From assembly GCA_965655095.1 (NCBI GenBank), contig OZ296652.1, positions 116,622,001-116,686,000 on the forward strand: a DNA stretch of 64,000 nucleotides. Reading direction: 5' to 3'. Source of the DNA: Haplodiscus bocki. Lineage: Eukaryota. Within the stretch, counting starts at the first letter, position 1. Each line of letters opens with the position of its first letter. Shown one piece after another: positions 24,866 to 38,100 of the stretch. The position numbers were made by a program, and so were the translations under genes. The notes under the pieces are model-generated. The model did not search any database and was not told where the DNA came from. It worked only from the letters and a program-made list of their open reading frames with translations.

Positions 24866-26899
24866 TATTCTGAGGGAAAAGTTCTGTCAGTTGTGAAGAC
24901 TCAATTGGCTTTTTAATTCCACAACAAAGGCTAATATCTTTTATTGGTATCCGGGAAAAGTTTCAACCGAAGCAAACAGTTAACGTTTTCAGGAAAATTA
25001 ATACAGTACCAAAGGCTACAAAATTTTATAATAATAACGGAACTATTGTTTCTCCTATTTATACTTTTCCCTTGGAGGGAAACATAATTGTTTACACGCC
25101 AATTCAAGTTACAAATAGGGAAAAGCAATTTAATCAAAATATCTATAAAGGACAAATGCCGACTCTGGCGCGAAATAAACACCTTTTCGTCCACTTCTTC
25201 TTTCATAGACCGCGTCTTTTCCATATTTCGATGGAAAAGGCTACATAGCCAATCCGTCAGAAATGGACATCAAACTGGTTATTCCCGCGCCGACACAAAA
25301 AATAATAACCTAAACAAAAGATCAAATAGAATTTCCATGAGAGCAAATTACTATAAATGCACCCACAAATAAATGAAATACATAAAATAAGATACATAAA
25401 AAATGATGGATAAAGTTCATGTTTACATGTGTTTACATATTGCATCGATTAAATCCACTGCTGAGAACCAAACTAGACTTTTTCTTAGTTCGTTCCTCAT
25501 TACTACCAGCTCGCCCCTCACTTTGGCCGAAGCGTTCCTGAATGATTACGTAGCCGCTTGTAGCACTGCTTTCCGCAGTGCTACTGAGGAGAATGAATCG
25601 GGTGGCTACGTAACCGTTCCGTCTCCGTCCAAAGTGACACAGCACAGTAGCACAGCGAATTGCTTAATTTCTAGTGACGTCAACAGATTGGTAACGACGG
25701 AACAGATACAGAAAAAATATTCACCTTTTAATTCACGCTCTGTAATAATAACTGTAATAGTTACTGCAAACTTGTTTACAGTGTCAACCTTGGTTTGTTT
25801 TACTGCATAAGTCAATTGAGAAGGTGGGTTTATATACTAGTTAGTTAAATCAGTTTTAAACATAGCACCTAGTATTAATATAAATATACAGTAGGGATAC
25901 TAAATGAACATCCTTTTGTTCCGTAGTTGTTCCTTCCCAATCGGGATCAGTTCACCGGAGTTACACGTATAGGATACGTGCTTTTCAAATGAAGTACATA
26001 TTATGGAACGTTATGTAACCACTACATATCGTTTACATGAATTACATTTATGTGCACAGGGTTGATACGTAACCACTATGTATCATTTTTATACAATTGA
26101 TGAAAAATGATGTAATATATGTGTATGAAGTTTTCGGTCTTGAGTTTTTTTTTGTTGACGACGACCCTGGTATGTCCTTCGGCTGAGGGATCAATCGTCC
26201 ACAAGCCTCGCAGACGTGCTGCAACATTGACATTATAGTGCACATAGCTCCTCGCCTAGGGCTATTTGGTGCTAATCATTTAACGAATTATCGCGAATGA
26301 ATCTTGGCCTGTGAACAAATTTTACATGTAGCCTAGGCTAGACTACTGGTATTTCAAGAGTGTTTACTTAGCAACCAAGGTGCAGAAGAAGCGTCCATCC
26401 ATGCTTCTACTAGTCTCAGTCTAACCAAAGTTGGACTGCGTTTCTCCTTTGAAGTCGTTGAGTAAACACAAAGGCACTATCTGGAACCTATTTTCCGAAA
26501 AAAAAAGACTTCTACTGGTAAAAATTTACCTTTCCAACCGAAACTTTCTACATTAGTCAGTCTCGTGTTTCGAGATTTCTGATGAGAGTTCTGCTAAGAG
26601 TGTCCATCCAAACAAAATCTATGCCTCTAACCAAAACTGTCGACAGTTACATACTTTAAAATTCTTGGTGAAGTTTCCGCTAAGAATATGGTTGAAATTT
26701 GAAAAAAATTCTGAAACTTCTATTTCGCACAAAATTTTTGTTTAAACAAATTTTGTCTCTCAATTTTTTTACCACCTGAGTAACTTTTACCAACTTTTCA
26801 AATTTCATCAGTCTTTCATACTTCTCCTTTTAAAAATTATTTGGATAACAAAAATTGTTAAAATCAATCCTAAAGTTCTGGGAAGGGATTAATTTTCCA

Positions 26900-27475
26900 G
26901 TTTTTTCAGGCCACACACTTGGTTCCACAGTTCTTCCAACAAGCACAAGCACTAGCCTTCAAACTTCAATTTGAAGAGGTACTCCTGAAAGTAACACCAT
27001 GCATCAGCCAAACTTCAGCTGGCACAGACAGAATTCGAAGGTGGGCAACTATTATGGTTGGAGATATCACTTGGGGGGAAAACCAAAAGATTGGAAACCC
27101 TTGCCGTGATGGGAAATACTGGAATGGCCTACCGGAAAACATTCCATATAGTTTTTAAATCTTAGGATCTACAGAACATACACACTGTGCCTTTTTATGT
27201 GATGGGATCTCACGATGGAATTAGGGTTCATATCAAGCCAGCACCCGAAGGATCTGGAATCCAATCCTTCCCCGAGAGCTCAAATTACTCCTCTCGCTCG
27301 GAAAATTTTAAGCACAGTCGGTGTCCAAGAATGTTTACCTCGAATGGAAGGTATTTGTAATTCGTCTTTTGATTTGAAGTTGTTACAAACGTTTATCCGT
27401 GCATTCGTGAAATTATTTTCTTCACGTTTCTGTACAAACATGTATTCCTATGAACTCAGTCTCGAAACAAAGTGA
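26900..27475 (+). pseudogene. RPS2-like: Highly divergent, intronless 40S ribosomal protein uS5 (RPS2)-like pseudogene
   Basis: Three consecutive frames give collinear blocks. (1) EEVLLKVTPCISQTSAGTDRIRRWATIMVGD vs RPS2 [29 protein letters not shown]. (2) From 27067, SLGGKTKRLETLAVMGNTGMAYRKTFHIVFKS*DLQNIHTVPFYVMGSHDGIRVHIKPAPEGSGIQ vs [68 protein letters not shown]. (3) PLARKILSTVGVQECLPRMEG vs [21 protein letters not shown]. Two frameshifts (~27066, ~27270) and a TAG at 27163 near the conserved Trp. Confidence 0.8.
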
Positions 27476-29040
27476 TTCTTCAAAATTGTGGTTTCACATG
27501 TACGTATAAAACATCATTCAGGTTTAGATTGGGAATATATTCAAAGAACCATTTGAGGAAACTAAAGAGCTTTTTTCCCCATTTATGAAACAGTAAAAGG
27601 GAAAGATTTAATTACTGGTGGAACAAGTTGAACTGATGCACTTTTATCAAATAGTTTGTCTTTTTTAAGCTCTCTTTCTTCAGCATGGCTCTCTTCGCAG
27701 ATGCAAAAAAAAACGACAGATGTCTGTCCAAAAATTTCACTATGGTGCTGTATCCGGAACCGCACAAAACCTAATACTGTCATCCTCGGCATTCTTTAAC
27801 CGGCTCTGACTCGAACGTTGTTGTGTAAGACTGGCGATTTTGAAGCCTTGGGTTTACGATCGTCGACTCCGCTGCAGAAATCTGCAAGGTATTTCGCACA
27901 TGCTTTTCCATGTGCTGTGTTGCTGGGGCTTCTTCAGCGTACTCTTTTGCGTGGGCTTTTTCCGTGTGCTCTTTTGCAGGCGCCTTCTCGGTGTCCCCTT
28001 TTGCACGCGCTTTTTCCGTGCGCTCTTTCGCAGGGGCTTCTCAGTGCGCTATTTCTCGGGGACCTTTTCCGTGCGTTTCTTTGCGGGAGTTCATCAGTGC
28101 GCCATTTCGCGCAGGTTATCTCCGTGCGCTCTTTCGCAAAGGCGTTCTCCGTGCTCTCCTTCGCAAGGGTTTTCTCTGTGCCTTTTTTTGCAAGGGCTTT
28201 TTCTGTTTGCTTTTCCGCTAGATCTTTTGTCGTGCGCCCCTCTGCAGGGCTTTCTCCGTGCGCCTCTCCGAAGGGCCTTATCAAGCGCTCCTTCGCAGGG
28301 GCTTTTACCGTGCGCTCTTTCGCAGGGTGTCTTCCTTGCGCCCTGTTGCTGTGGTTTTCCCCGTTTTCTCTTTCGGGCTTTTTCCGTGCGTTCTATCTTA
28401 AGGGCTTTCCCTGTGCGTTTCTTCGTAGGGGCGTTTTCCGTGCGCTCATTCGTAATGGCTTTCTCCGTGCACCCTTTCATAGGGGCCTTTTCCGTGCGCT
28501 CTTTCGTAACGGCTTCCTCTGTGAGTTCTTCGGCAGGAGTTTTGACGTGCGCTCTTTTGCGTGGGTTGCTTCCTCGCGCTCTTTCGCATAGCTTTTTCCG
28601 TGCGCACTTCCGCAGAGGCACCCTCCCTGTGGTGCTTCGCAGGCCTTTATCCGTGCGCAGCTTCGCAGGGGCTTTCCTTCTGCTCTCTTTCGCGGGCTTC
28701 TTTTCTCCGTAGGTTTTCTCACAGGGACAACCATCATTCGCCTTTTCACAGCAGTTTTTTTCCATACGCACTTTCAAAAGTTTTCTTCCGAGCGCTTTTC
28801 CGCACGGATTTTCCTGGATTCTCATTCGCTGGCATTTTCAATCGTGCACTTTATCACAGGAGCTTTCACCATGCGTTCTATCACAGGTTCTTTTCCGTGT
28901 GCTCTTTCGCGAGGCGTCTTCCGTGTAACCTTTCGCAGGGCATTTTCATGCGCAACATTGCGGGAGCTAATTGCGTTTGCTCTTTCGCCCGGGATTATTC
29001 CGTGCGCTCCATCGCAGACGCTTTTTCTGTGCTCTGTTTC

Positions 29041-30353
29041 GCAGGGGCTTTTTCCGTGCGTCCTCCTACAGGCTCTTTCCCCGTGCGCCCTTTGTTAGCG
29101 AATTCTTACGTCAATTTTTCCGTAGGGGCATCTTCAATGTGCTCCTTCAAATGATTTTTTCTGTGCGCTGGTTCGCAGGGGCTTTCTCCGTGCTCATTTA
29201 TCCGGGGTTCTTTTATGCCCTCCTCCGCGAGCCCTTTTCCTGTGCGCTGTTTGGCAGTGGCTTTTTCCGTGATTTCTTTTGCAGGGCTTTTCTCCGTGTG
29301 CTCTATCTCAGCGCAACTGCCTTGCGCTCTTAGCAGGGTTTTTTCGTGCGCTCTGTTCCAGAAGCTCTCTCCCTTCGCTCCTCCGCAGCGGCTTTTTCCG
29401 GGCGCTCATTGCCAGGGACTTATTCCGTGCATTTTTTCGCAGGGATTTTTCCAAGGCAGTCATTTGTAGGAGCGCTTTTCGTGCACTATCTCGTAAAAGT
29501 TCTCTGTCCGCTCCTTGGCAGGGGATTTTACCGTTCGCCTTTACCCAAGTGGTTTTCCGTGCGCTCTTTCGCAGGGGGTTTTTCTCTGCGCTCCTTTGTG
29601 GTAGCTCTCGCAGGGGCTTTATCTTTGTTTTCTTTTGCATGAGTTTTTTCAGTATGCTGTTTTTCAAGTGCTTTTTCCGGGCGCTCTTTCGCAGGTGCTT
29701 TTTCCGTGCGTCCTTCTACAGGCTCTTTCCCCGTGCGCCTTTTGGCAGCGAATTTTTACGTCAATTTTTCCGTAGGGGCATCTTCAATGTGCTCCTTCAA
29801 ATGATTTTTTCTGTGCCCTGGTTCGCAGGGGCTTTCTCCGTGCTCATTTATCCGGGGTTCTTTTATGCCCTCCTCCGCGAGCCCTTTTCCTGTGCGCTGT
29901 TTGGCAGTGGCTTTTTCCGTGATTTCTTTTGCAGGGCTTTTCTCCGTGTGCTCTATCTCAGCGCAACTGCCTTGCGCTCTTAGCAGGGTTTTTTCGTGCG
30001 CTCTGTTCCAGGGGCTCTCTCCCTTCGCTCCTCCGCAGCGGCTTTTTCCGGGCGCTCATTGCCAGGGACTTATTCCGTGCATTTTTTCGCAGGGGTTTTT
30101 CCAAGGCAGTCATTTGTAGGAGCGCTTTTCGTGCACTATCTCGTAAAAGTTCTCTGTCCGCTCTTTGGCAGGGGCTTTTACCGTTCGCTTTTACCCAAGT
30201 GATTTTCCGTGCGCTCTTTCGCAGGGGATTTTTCTCTGCGCTCCTTTGTGGTAGCTCTCGCAGGGGCTTTATCTTTGTTTTCTTTTGCATGAGCTTTTTC
30301 AGTATGCTGTTTTTCAAGTGCTTTTTCCGGGCGCTCTTTCGCAGGTGCTTTTT
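29041..30353. repeat. 650-bp higher-order tandem duplication (~24 monomers) in the 27-bp satellite
   Basis: 29041-29703 is near-identical to 29691-30353; paired ORFs 29215/29865, 29279/29929 and 29308/29958 are offset by 650. Confidence 0.95.
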
Positions 30354-33300
30354 GCTTGTGTTCTTTTGTAAGGGCTTCTTTTGTGGGCTCTTTCGCAGGG
30401 GATTTATCTATGCGTTTTCTGGTAGGGGCTTTTTCAGTGCGCTCTATTGCAAGATTATCGTTTGCTTGCTTTTTCGCATGCGCCTTTTCCGTGCACTCTT
30501 TTGCAGCGGTCTTTTGCGTGCGTTCTTTTGCGGGGAGTTCTCCGTTCATTTTTTCGCAGAAGTTTTCCCTGGCGCTTTTTTGCAGTTTTTTCCCTGCGCT
30601 CTTCCGTGGGAACTCGTCCCGTGCCTTCTTTTGCAGGGCGTTGTCTTTTCAACCCGTTGCGGACCTTTTTTGTGCGCTCTCTTACAGGGGTATTCTCCGT
30701 GCGCTCTTTCGTAACGGCTTTCTCTGTGCACTTTTTCACAGGGGCTTTGTCCCTGCTCTTTTTTCCGGCGGTTTATCTTGTGCGCCCTTCTGCAGAAATT
30801 TTTTCCGTGCGCCTCTTTGCAGGGTCTTTCTCCGTGCTCTCTTTTTCGGGTGCTTTTACTGTGCTCCCTTTCGCAGGGGTTTTTTGTGTGCTTTTTCTCA
30901 AAACGTCTTCCTTGAGCCCTTTGACAGGGATTCTTTCGTGTGCTATTTAGCAGGGGCTTTTTTCTGTTCTCTCTTTCAAATAGGTTTTTTTTCGTGCGCC
31001 CTTTTGCAGGGGAGTTCTTCGTGCCCTCTCCCGAAGGGGCTTATTCTGTGCGTTCCTTCGCAGGTGCTTCTTCTGTGAGCTCCATAGCAAGTGCTTCCTC
31101 TGTTTGCTCTTTCGCATGAGCCATTTCCCTGCGCTCTTTCGATGTGGCTTTTTCCGTGCGCGCTTTCGCAGGACGTTTTATTTTCAACCCCTTGCGGGGA
31201 TTTTTTTGGGCGCTCTATTGCAATGGCTTTCTCCGTTCGCTTTTTCTTGGGGAATTTCTCTGTGCTCTTTCTCGCAGAGGCATTCTCCGACGCTTTTTCG
31301 CAGGTACTTTCTCCCTGTTTCCTTCCGTACGCTGTTTCGCAGGACCTTTTCCCGTTCGTTCTTTCGCAGGGGGTCTTCTTTTCATCCCGTTGCGGGGATT
31401 TTTTTGTGCTTTCTTTTGGAGTGGCTTTCTCCGTTCGCTGTTTCTCGGGGGCGTTCTCCGTGCTCTCTTCCGAAAGGGCTTCTTCAGTGCGCTCTTTCGC
31501 AGGTGCTTTTTCTGTGAGCTCTATAGCAAGTGCTTCCTCTGTTTGCTTTTTTGAATGAGCCTTCTCCCTGCGCTGTTTCTATGTGGCTTTTTCCGTCCGC
31601 GCTTTCGCAGGAGCTTTTTTCGTGCGTTCTTTCGCAGGTCTTTTTTTCAAACCCTTGTGGAGATTTTTTTGGGCGCTCTATTGCAATGGCTTTCTCCGTT
31701 ACCTTTTTTGCAGGGCCCTTTATCGTCTGCTATTTCCCAGGTACTTTTTACGTGCGCTCTATAGCAAGTGCTTCCTTTGTTTGCTCTTTCACGTGCTCCT
31801 TTTCCGTGCGCTGTTTCGCAGCGGCCTTTTCCGTGCAAGCTTTTGCAGCGGCTTTTTCCGTGCGCGCTTTTGCAGGAGCTTCTCCCGTGCGTTCCTTCGC
31901 AGGGTTTCTTCTTTTCACCCTGTGTGGGGACCTTTTGTACTTTCTATTGCAGTAGCTTTCTCCGTTCGCTATTTCTCGGGGGTTCTTTCTGTGCGCTCTT
32001 TTGCAAGGGCATTCTCCGCGCGCTCATTCGTAACAGCTTCCTCTGTTCGCTCATTCGCAGGGACTTTCTCCGTGCTCTCTTTTTCAGGTGCCTTTTCTCT
32101 GCTCTTTTTCGGAGGCGTTTTATCTGTGGGCTCTTTCTCAAACGTCCTCCTTAAGCCTTTTCACAGGGCTTTTTTCGTGCGCTCTCTTGCAAGGGTTTTC
32201 TCTGTTCTCGCTTTCAAAGAAATTTTTTCCGTGCGATTTTTCGCTGGGGTTTTTCCGTCTGCTTTTTTGCAGGGCCTTTTGTCGTGTGCATTTTAGCAGG
32301 TGCTCTATCCGTGTACTCTTTTGTAAGTGCTTTCTCTATGCGCTCTTTCGCAGGGACTTTCGCCGTGCTCTATTTTCTGGGGCTTTTCTTGTGCTCTCTT
32401 TCGAAGAAGCTTTTTCTGTGCTCTCTTTTGCAGGTTCCTTTTCTGTGCTCTCTTTCGCAGGGGTTTTTTCCGTGTGCTCTTTCTCAAGGCGTCTTCCTTA
32501 AACCCTCTGACAGGGCTTTCTTCGTCCGCTTTTTTGCAGGGGTTTTCTCTGTTCTGTCCTTCTAAATGTTTCCTCTGTTTGCTTTTCCTCAGGGGCTTTT
32601 TCGATGGGCTCTTTCACAAGGGCTTCTTCGGTGCACATTTCCGAAGGGGGATTTTCAGTGCACTTCTCTGCAGGGTCGTTTTTCGTGAGTTCTTTTTCAG
32701 AAGCTTTTTCTGTACTCTTTTTCTCGGGAGTTTTTTACGTGCTCTGTTTCACAGGGGTTTTGTTCGTTCTATCCGTGCGCGTTTTCGCATGAGATTCCCT
32801 GTGCGCTTTTTCGCAGGGACTCCTTCCGTGCGGTCGTTCGCAGTGACTTTCTCTGAGCTCTGCTTTGGAGGTTCTTTTTATCCTGGACGCTCCCAGGGCT
32901 TTCTCCCTGCTCTCTTCTCCGGGGGCGTTTCTTGTGCTCTTTTTCGCAGATGCTCTTTCGCAGATGGAGCGCTTCTTTGCAGGGGCTTCTCTGTGCTCTC
33001 TTTTTCAGGTGCTTTTTTGTGCTCTCTTTCGCAAGGGTTTTTCCGTGAGCTCATTTGCAGGGGCGTTTTCTGTGATCTCTTTTTCAGAAGCTTTTTTCTG
33101 TGCTCTATATCTTGGGATTTTTTTCCGTGCGCTGCTTCACAGGTGCTTTGTTCGTGCTAGCCTTGCGCGTTATCGCAGGAGCTTTTGCCGTGTGCCCTTT
33201 TGCAGGTGCTTTCTCCGTGCTCTGTTTTCCGGGGTTGTTTCTTGTGCTCTCTTTCGCAGATGCTTTTTCCGAGCGCTTCTTTGGCGGTGCCTTCTCCGTG

Positions 33301-35184
33301 CTGTCTTTTTCAGGTGCTTCTTCTGTGCTCACTTTCGCAAGTGTTTTTCCGAGTGCTGTTTTGCAGGGCCTTTTTTCATGTGTTCTTTCGCGGATGCTTT
33401 TCTTGCGTGCTCTTTTGTATTTAGTAAGGGCTTTCTCTGCGCTCTCTCTCTCGCAGATACTTTTTCCGCGTGCTCTTTTGTATTTTCTATGGGCGTTCTC
33501 TGTGCTCTTTCTTGCAGGTGCTTTTTCCGTGCGCTCCATAGCAATTGGCTCCTCTGTTTGCTCCTTCCCAGGGGCTTTATCCGTGGGATCTTTCGCAAGG
33601 TCTTTTTTGGTGCGCACTTTTGTGGAGGCATTCTCAGCGCACTTCTTTGCAGGAGCGTTTTCCGTGATCTCCTTTTCAGAAGATTTTTCTGTGCTTTTTT
33701 TCTCAGGGTTTGTTTCCGTGCGTTGTTTTGCAGCGGCTTCTTCCTTGCGCTATTATATAGGGCTTTTTTGCGTGCGCTGTTTCACATGGACTTTTTTCGT
33801 GCTATCCGTCCGCGGTTTCGCAGGAGCTTTTCACGTGAGCGCAATCGCAGAAGCTTTTCCTGTGTGCTCTTTCGAGGGGATTTCTCTGTGCTCTCTTTTG
33901 CAGGGGATTTCTCTGTTCGTTCCTTCGCATGGTCGTCTTCCGTGAGCTTTTTCGCACCGTCTTTTCCCGTGCGCGTTTTTGCAGGAGACTGCCCGTGCGC
34001 TTTTTTGCAGGGACTCCTACCGTGAGATCGTTCGCAGGGACTTTCTTTGAGCTCTCTTTTGCAGGTGCCTTTTTCCTGGAGTCTGCCAGAGTTTTCTCCC
34101 TGCTCTCTTTTCCGGGGGCGTTTCTTGTGCTCTCTTTCGCAGATTCTTTTAGCGAGCGCTTCTTTTCAGGGGCTTTCTCCGTCCTCTCTGTTTCAAGTGC
34201 TTTTTCTGTGCCCTCTTTCGCAGATGTTTTTCCGTGTGGGTTTCTGCAGGGGCGTTTTCCGTGATCTCTTTTCCATAAGTTTTTTCTGTGCTCTCTTGCT
34301 CGGGAGTTTTGTCCGTGCGCCGTTTCACAGGAGCTTTAATCGTGCTATTCGTGCTCGTTTTCACGGGAGCTTTTCCCGTGAGCGCATTCGCAGGAGCTCT
34401 TCCGGTGTGCTCTTTCGCAGGCACTTTCTCTGCGCTCTCTATTGCAAGGGATTTCTCTGTTCGTTCCTTTGCATGGTCGTCTTCCGTAAGCTATTACGCA
34501 CCGGCTTTTTCCGTGCGCATTTTCGCGGGAGATTCCCAGTGTTTTTTTTTTGCAGGGACTCTTTCCGTGCGCTCGTTCGCAGGGACCTTCTCTGAGCTTT
34601 CTTTTGCAGGTGTTTTTTCTGCGCTCACTTTCGCAAGGGCTTTTCCGAGGGCTTTTTTGCAGGGCCTTTATTCGTGTGCTCTTTCGTTTTCTGTAAGGGC
34701 TTTCTCTGTGCTCTCTCTCTCTGGCAGGTACTTTTTCCGTGCGCTCTATAGCAAATGTCTCCTCTGTTTGCTCTTTCACCGGGGGTTTTATCCATGGGCT
34801 CTTTCGCAAGGTTTTTTTGGTGCACATTTTCGTAGGGGCATTCTCAGCGCAATTCCTTGCAGCTGAGTTTTCCGTTATCTCTTTTTCAGAAGATTTTTCT
34901 GTGCTTCTTTTCTCAGGGTTTTTTCCGTGCGTTGTTTTGCAGCAGCTTCTTCCATCCGCTCTTATATAGGTTCTTTTTCCGTGCGCTGCTCATATGGGTT
35001 TTACTCGTGCTATCCGTGCGCTTTTTCGCAGGAGCTTTTCCCGTGTGCTCTTTCGCATGAGCTTTTCCCGTGTGCTCTTTCGCACGGACTTTCTCTGTGC
35101 TCTCTTTTGGAGGGGCTTTCTCCGTTCGTTCCTTTGCATGATCGTCTTCCGTGAGATCTTTCGAACCGGCTTTTTCCGTGTGCG

Positions 35185-38100
35185 TTTTTGCAAGAGATTC
35201 ACCGTGCGTTTTTTTGCAAGGACTCCTTCCGTGCGCTCGTTCGCAGGGATCTTCTCTGAGCTCCCCTTTGCAGGTGCTTTTAATCCTGGACTCCCCAGGG
35301 CTTTCTCTGTGCTTTTCTTTCCGGGGGCGTTCCTTGTGTTTTCTTTCGCAGAGGCTGTTTCCGAGCGCTTCTTCGCAGGGGATTTCTCCGTGCTCCCTTT
35401 TTCAAGTGTTTTTTCTAAGCTCTCCTTCGCAGGGGTTTTTCCGTGTGCTTTTTTGCAGGGGCGTTCTCAGTGATCTCTTTTTTCAGAAGCTTTTTCTGTG
35501 CTTTTTTTCTCAGGGATTTTTTCCGTGCGTGGCTGTGCAGCGGCTTCTTCCATGCCCTCTTATATAGGGTTTTTTTCCTTGCGCTGTTTCACGGGGGTTT
35601 TGTACGTGTAATCCGTGCGCGCTTTCGCAGGAGCTTTTCCCGCGAGCGCTTTCGCGGGAGTTTTTCCAGTGTGCTCTTTCAGAGGGACTTTCTCTGTGCT
35701 CTCTTTTGCAGGGGCTTTCTCTGTTCGTTCTTTCGTATGGTCGCCTTCCGTGAGCTCTCTCGCCCCGGCTTTTCCCGAGCGCGTTTTCGCAGGAGATTCC
35801 TAGTGTCATTAGTGATTATTTGCAGGGACCCCTTCCGTGCGCTCGTTCGCAGGGACTTTCTCTGAGCTCTCTTTTGCAGGTGCTTTTTCTGCGCTCACTT
35901 TCGCAAGGGTTTTTCCGAGTGATTTTTTGCAGGGCCTTTATTTGTGTGCTCTCTTGTATTCTGTAAGGGCTTTCTCTGTGCTCTCTCTGGCAGGTACTTT
36001 TTCCGTGCGCTCTACAGCAAAAGTCTCCTCTGTTTGCTCTTTCCCAGGGGTTTTTTCCATGGGCACTTTCGCAAGGTTTTTTTGGTGCGCATTTTCGTAG
36101 GGGCATTCTCAGCGCACTTCCTTGCAGCTGCGTTTTCCGTGATCTCTTCTTCAGAAGCTTTTTCGGTGCTCTTTTTCTCGAGAGTTTCTACCGTGGCTGC
36201 TTCACATGGGATTTATTCGTGCTATCCGCGCGCGCCTTCGCAGGAGTTTTTACTGTGAGCGCATTCGAAGGAGCTTTTCCCGTGTGCTCTTTCGCATTGA
36301 CTTTCTCTGCGCTCTTTTTTGCAGGGGCTTTGTCTGTTCCTTTCGTTGTGTAGTCGTCTTCCGTGAGCTCTTTCACACCGGCTTTTTCCGTGCGCGTTTT
36401 TGCAAGAGATTCCCCGTGCGCTTTTTTGCAAGGACTCCTTCCGTGCACTTGTTCGCAGGGACTTCCTCTGAGCTCTTTTTTGCAGGTGTTTTTTATCCTG
36501 GACTCTCCCAGGGCTTCCTCCGTGTTCTCTTTTCCGGGCGCGTTTCATGTGCTCTCTCTCGGAAGGGCTTTTCCCGAGCGCTTCTTTCCAGGGGCTTTCT
36601 CTGTGCTCTTTTTTTCAGTTGCTTTTCCTGTGCTCTTTTTCGCAGGGGCTTTTCCGTGTGCTTTTTTTTGAAAGGTTTTTTTCGTGTGCTTTTTCGCAAG
36701 CGCTTTTTCCGCGTGCTGTTTTGTATTCTGTAAGGGCTTTCTCTGTGTTCTCTCTGGCAGGTGCCTTTTCCGTGCGCTCTATAACAAATGCTTCCTCTGT
36801 TTGCTCTTTCTCAGGGGCTTCATCCATGGGCTCTTTCGCGACGGCTCTTTGCTGCGCGTTTTCGTAGTGTAGGGGCGTTTTCCGTGACCTCTTTTTCAGA
36901 AGATTTTTCTGTGCTCTTTTTCTTGGGAGTTTTTTCCGTGCGCTGCTTCTTATGGGTTTTATTCATGCTATCCGTGCGTGCTTTCACAGGAGGTTTTCCC
37001 GTGAGCGCATTCGCAGGAGCTTTTCCCGTGTGCTCTTTCGCATGGACTTTCTCTGCGCTCTTTTTTGCAGGGGCTTTGTCTGTTCCTTTCTTCGTGTAGT
37101 CGTCTTCCATGGGCTCTTTCGCACCGGCTTTCTCCGTGCGGGTTTTCACAGGAGATTCCCCGTGCACATTTTTGCGAGGCGTCCATCCGTGCGCTCATTC
37201 GCAGAGACTTTCTCTGAGCTTTCTTTTCCGGGGGCCTTTCGTGTGTTCTCTTTTGCAGATGCATTTTCTGAGCACTTTTTTGCAGGGGCTTTCTCCCTGC
37301 TCTCATTTTCAGGTGTTTTTTCTTTGCTCTCTTTCGCGGGGGCTTTCCCGTGTGCTTTTTTCCAGGGGCGTTTTCCGTGACCTCTTTTTCAGAAGATTTT
37401 TCAGTGCTCTTTTTCTTGGGAGTTTTTTCCGTGCGCTGCTCATATGGGTTTTATTCGTGCTATCCGTGCGCGTTTTCGCAGGAGCTTTTCCCGTGTGCTC
37501 TTTCGCAGGGACTTTCTCTTCTGTGCTCTCTTTTGCAGGGGCTTTCTCTGTTCGTTCCTTTGCATGATCGTCTACCGTGAGGTCATTCGCACCGGCTTTT
37601 TCCGTGTGCGTTTTGGCAAGAGATTCCCCGTGCGCTTTTTTGCAAGGACTCCTTCAGTGCACTCGTTCGCAGGGACTTCCTCTGAGCTCTTTTTTGCAGG
37701 TGTTTTTTTATCCTGGACTCTCCCAGGGCTTCCTCCGTTTTCTCTTTTCCGGGCGCGTTTCATGTGCTCTCTCTCGGAAGGGCTTTTCCCGAGCACTTCT
37801 TTCCAGGGGCTTTCTCTGTGCTCTTTTTTTCAGGTGCTTTTCCTGTGCTCTTTTTCGCAGTGGCTTTTCCGTGTGCTTTTTTTGAAGGGTTTTTTTCGTG
37901 TGCTTTTTCGCAAGTGCTTTTTCAGCCTGCTGTTTTGTATTCTGTAAGGGCTTTCTCTGTGTTCTCTCTGGCAGGTGCCTTTTCCGTGCGCTCTATAACA
38001 AATGCTTCCTCTGTTTGCTCTTTCTCAGGGGCTTTATCCATGGGCTCTTTCGCGACGGCTCTTTGCTGCGCGTTTTCGTAGTGTAGGGGCGTTTTCTGTG

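Noticed and set aside
28010-28050. Resemblance of GCTCTTTCGCAGGGGC to the histone mRNA 3' stem-loop (GGCTCTTTTCAGAGCC)
   Set aside because: Invariant features (GG/CC base pairs, UUUC-type loop, A-rich 5' flank) are missing and no histone gene is present.
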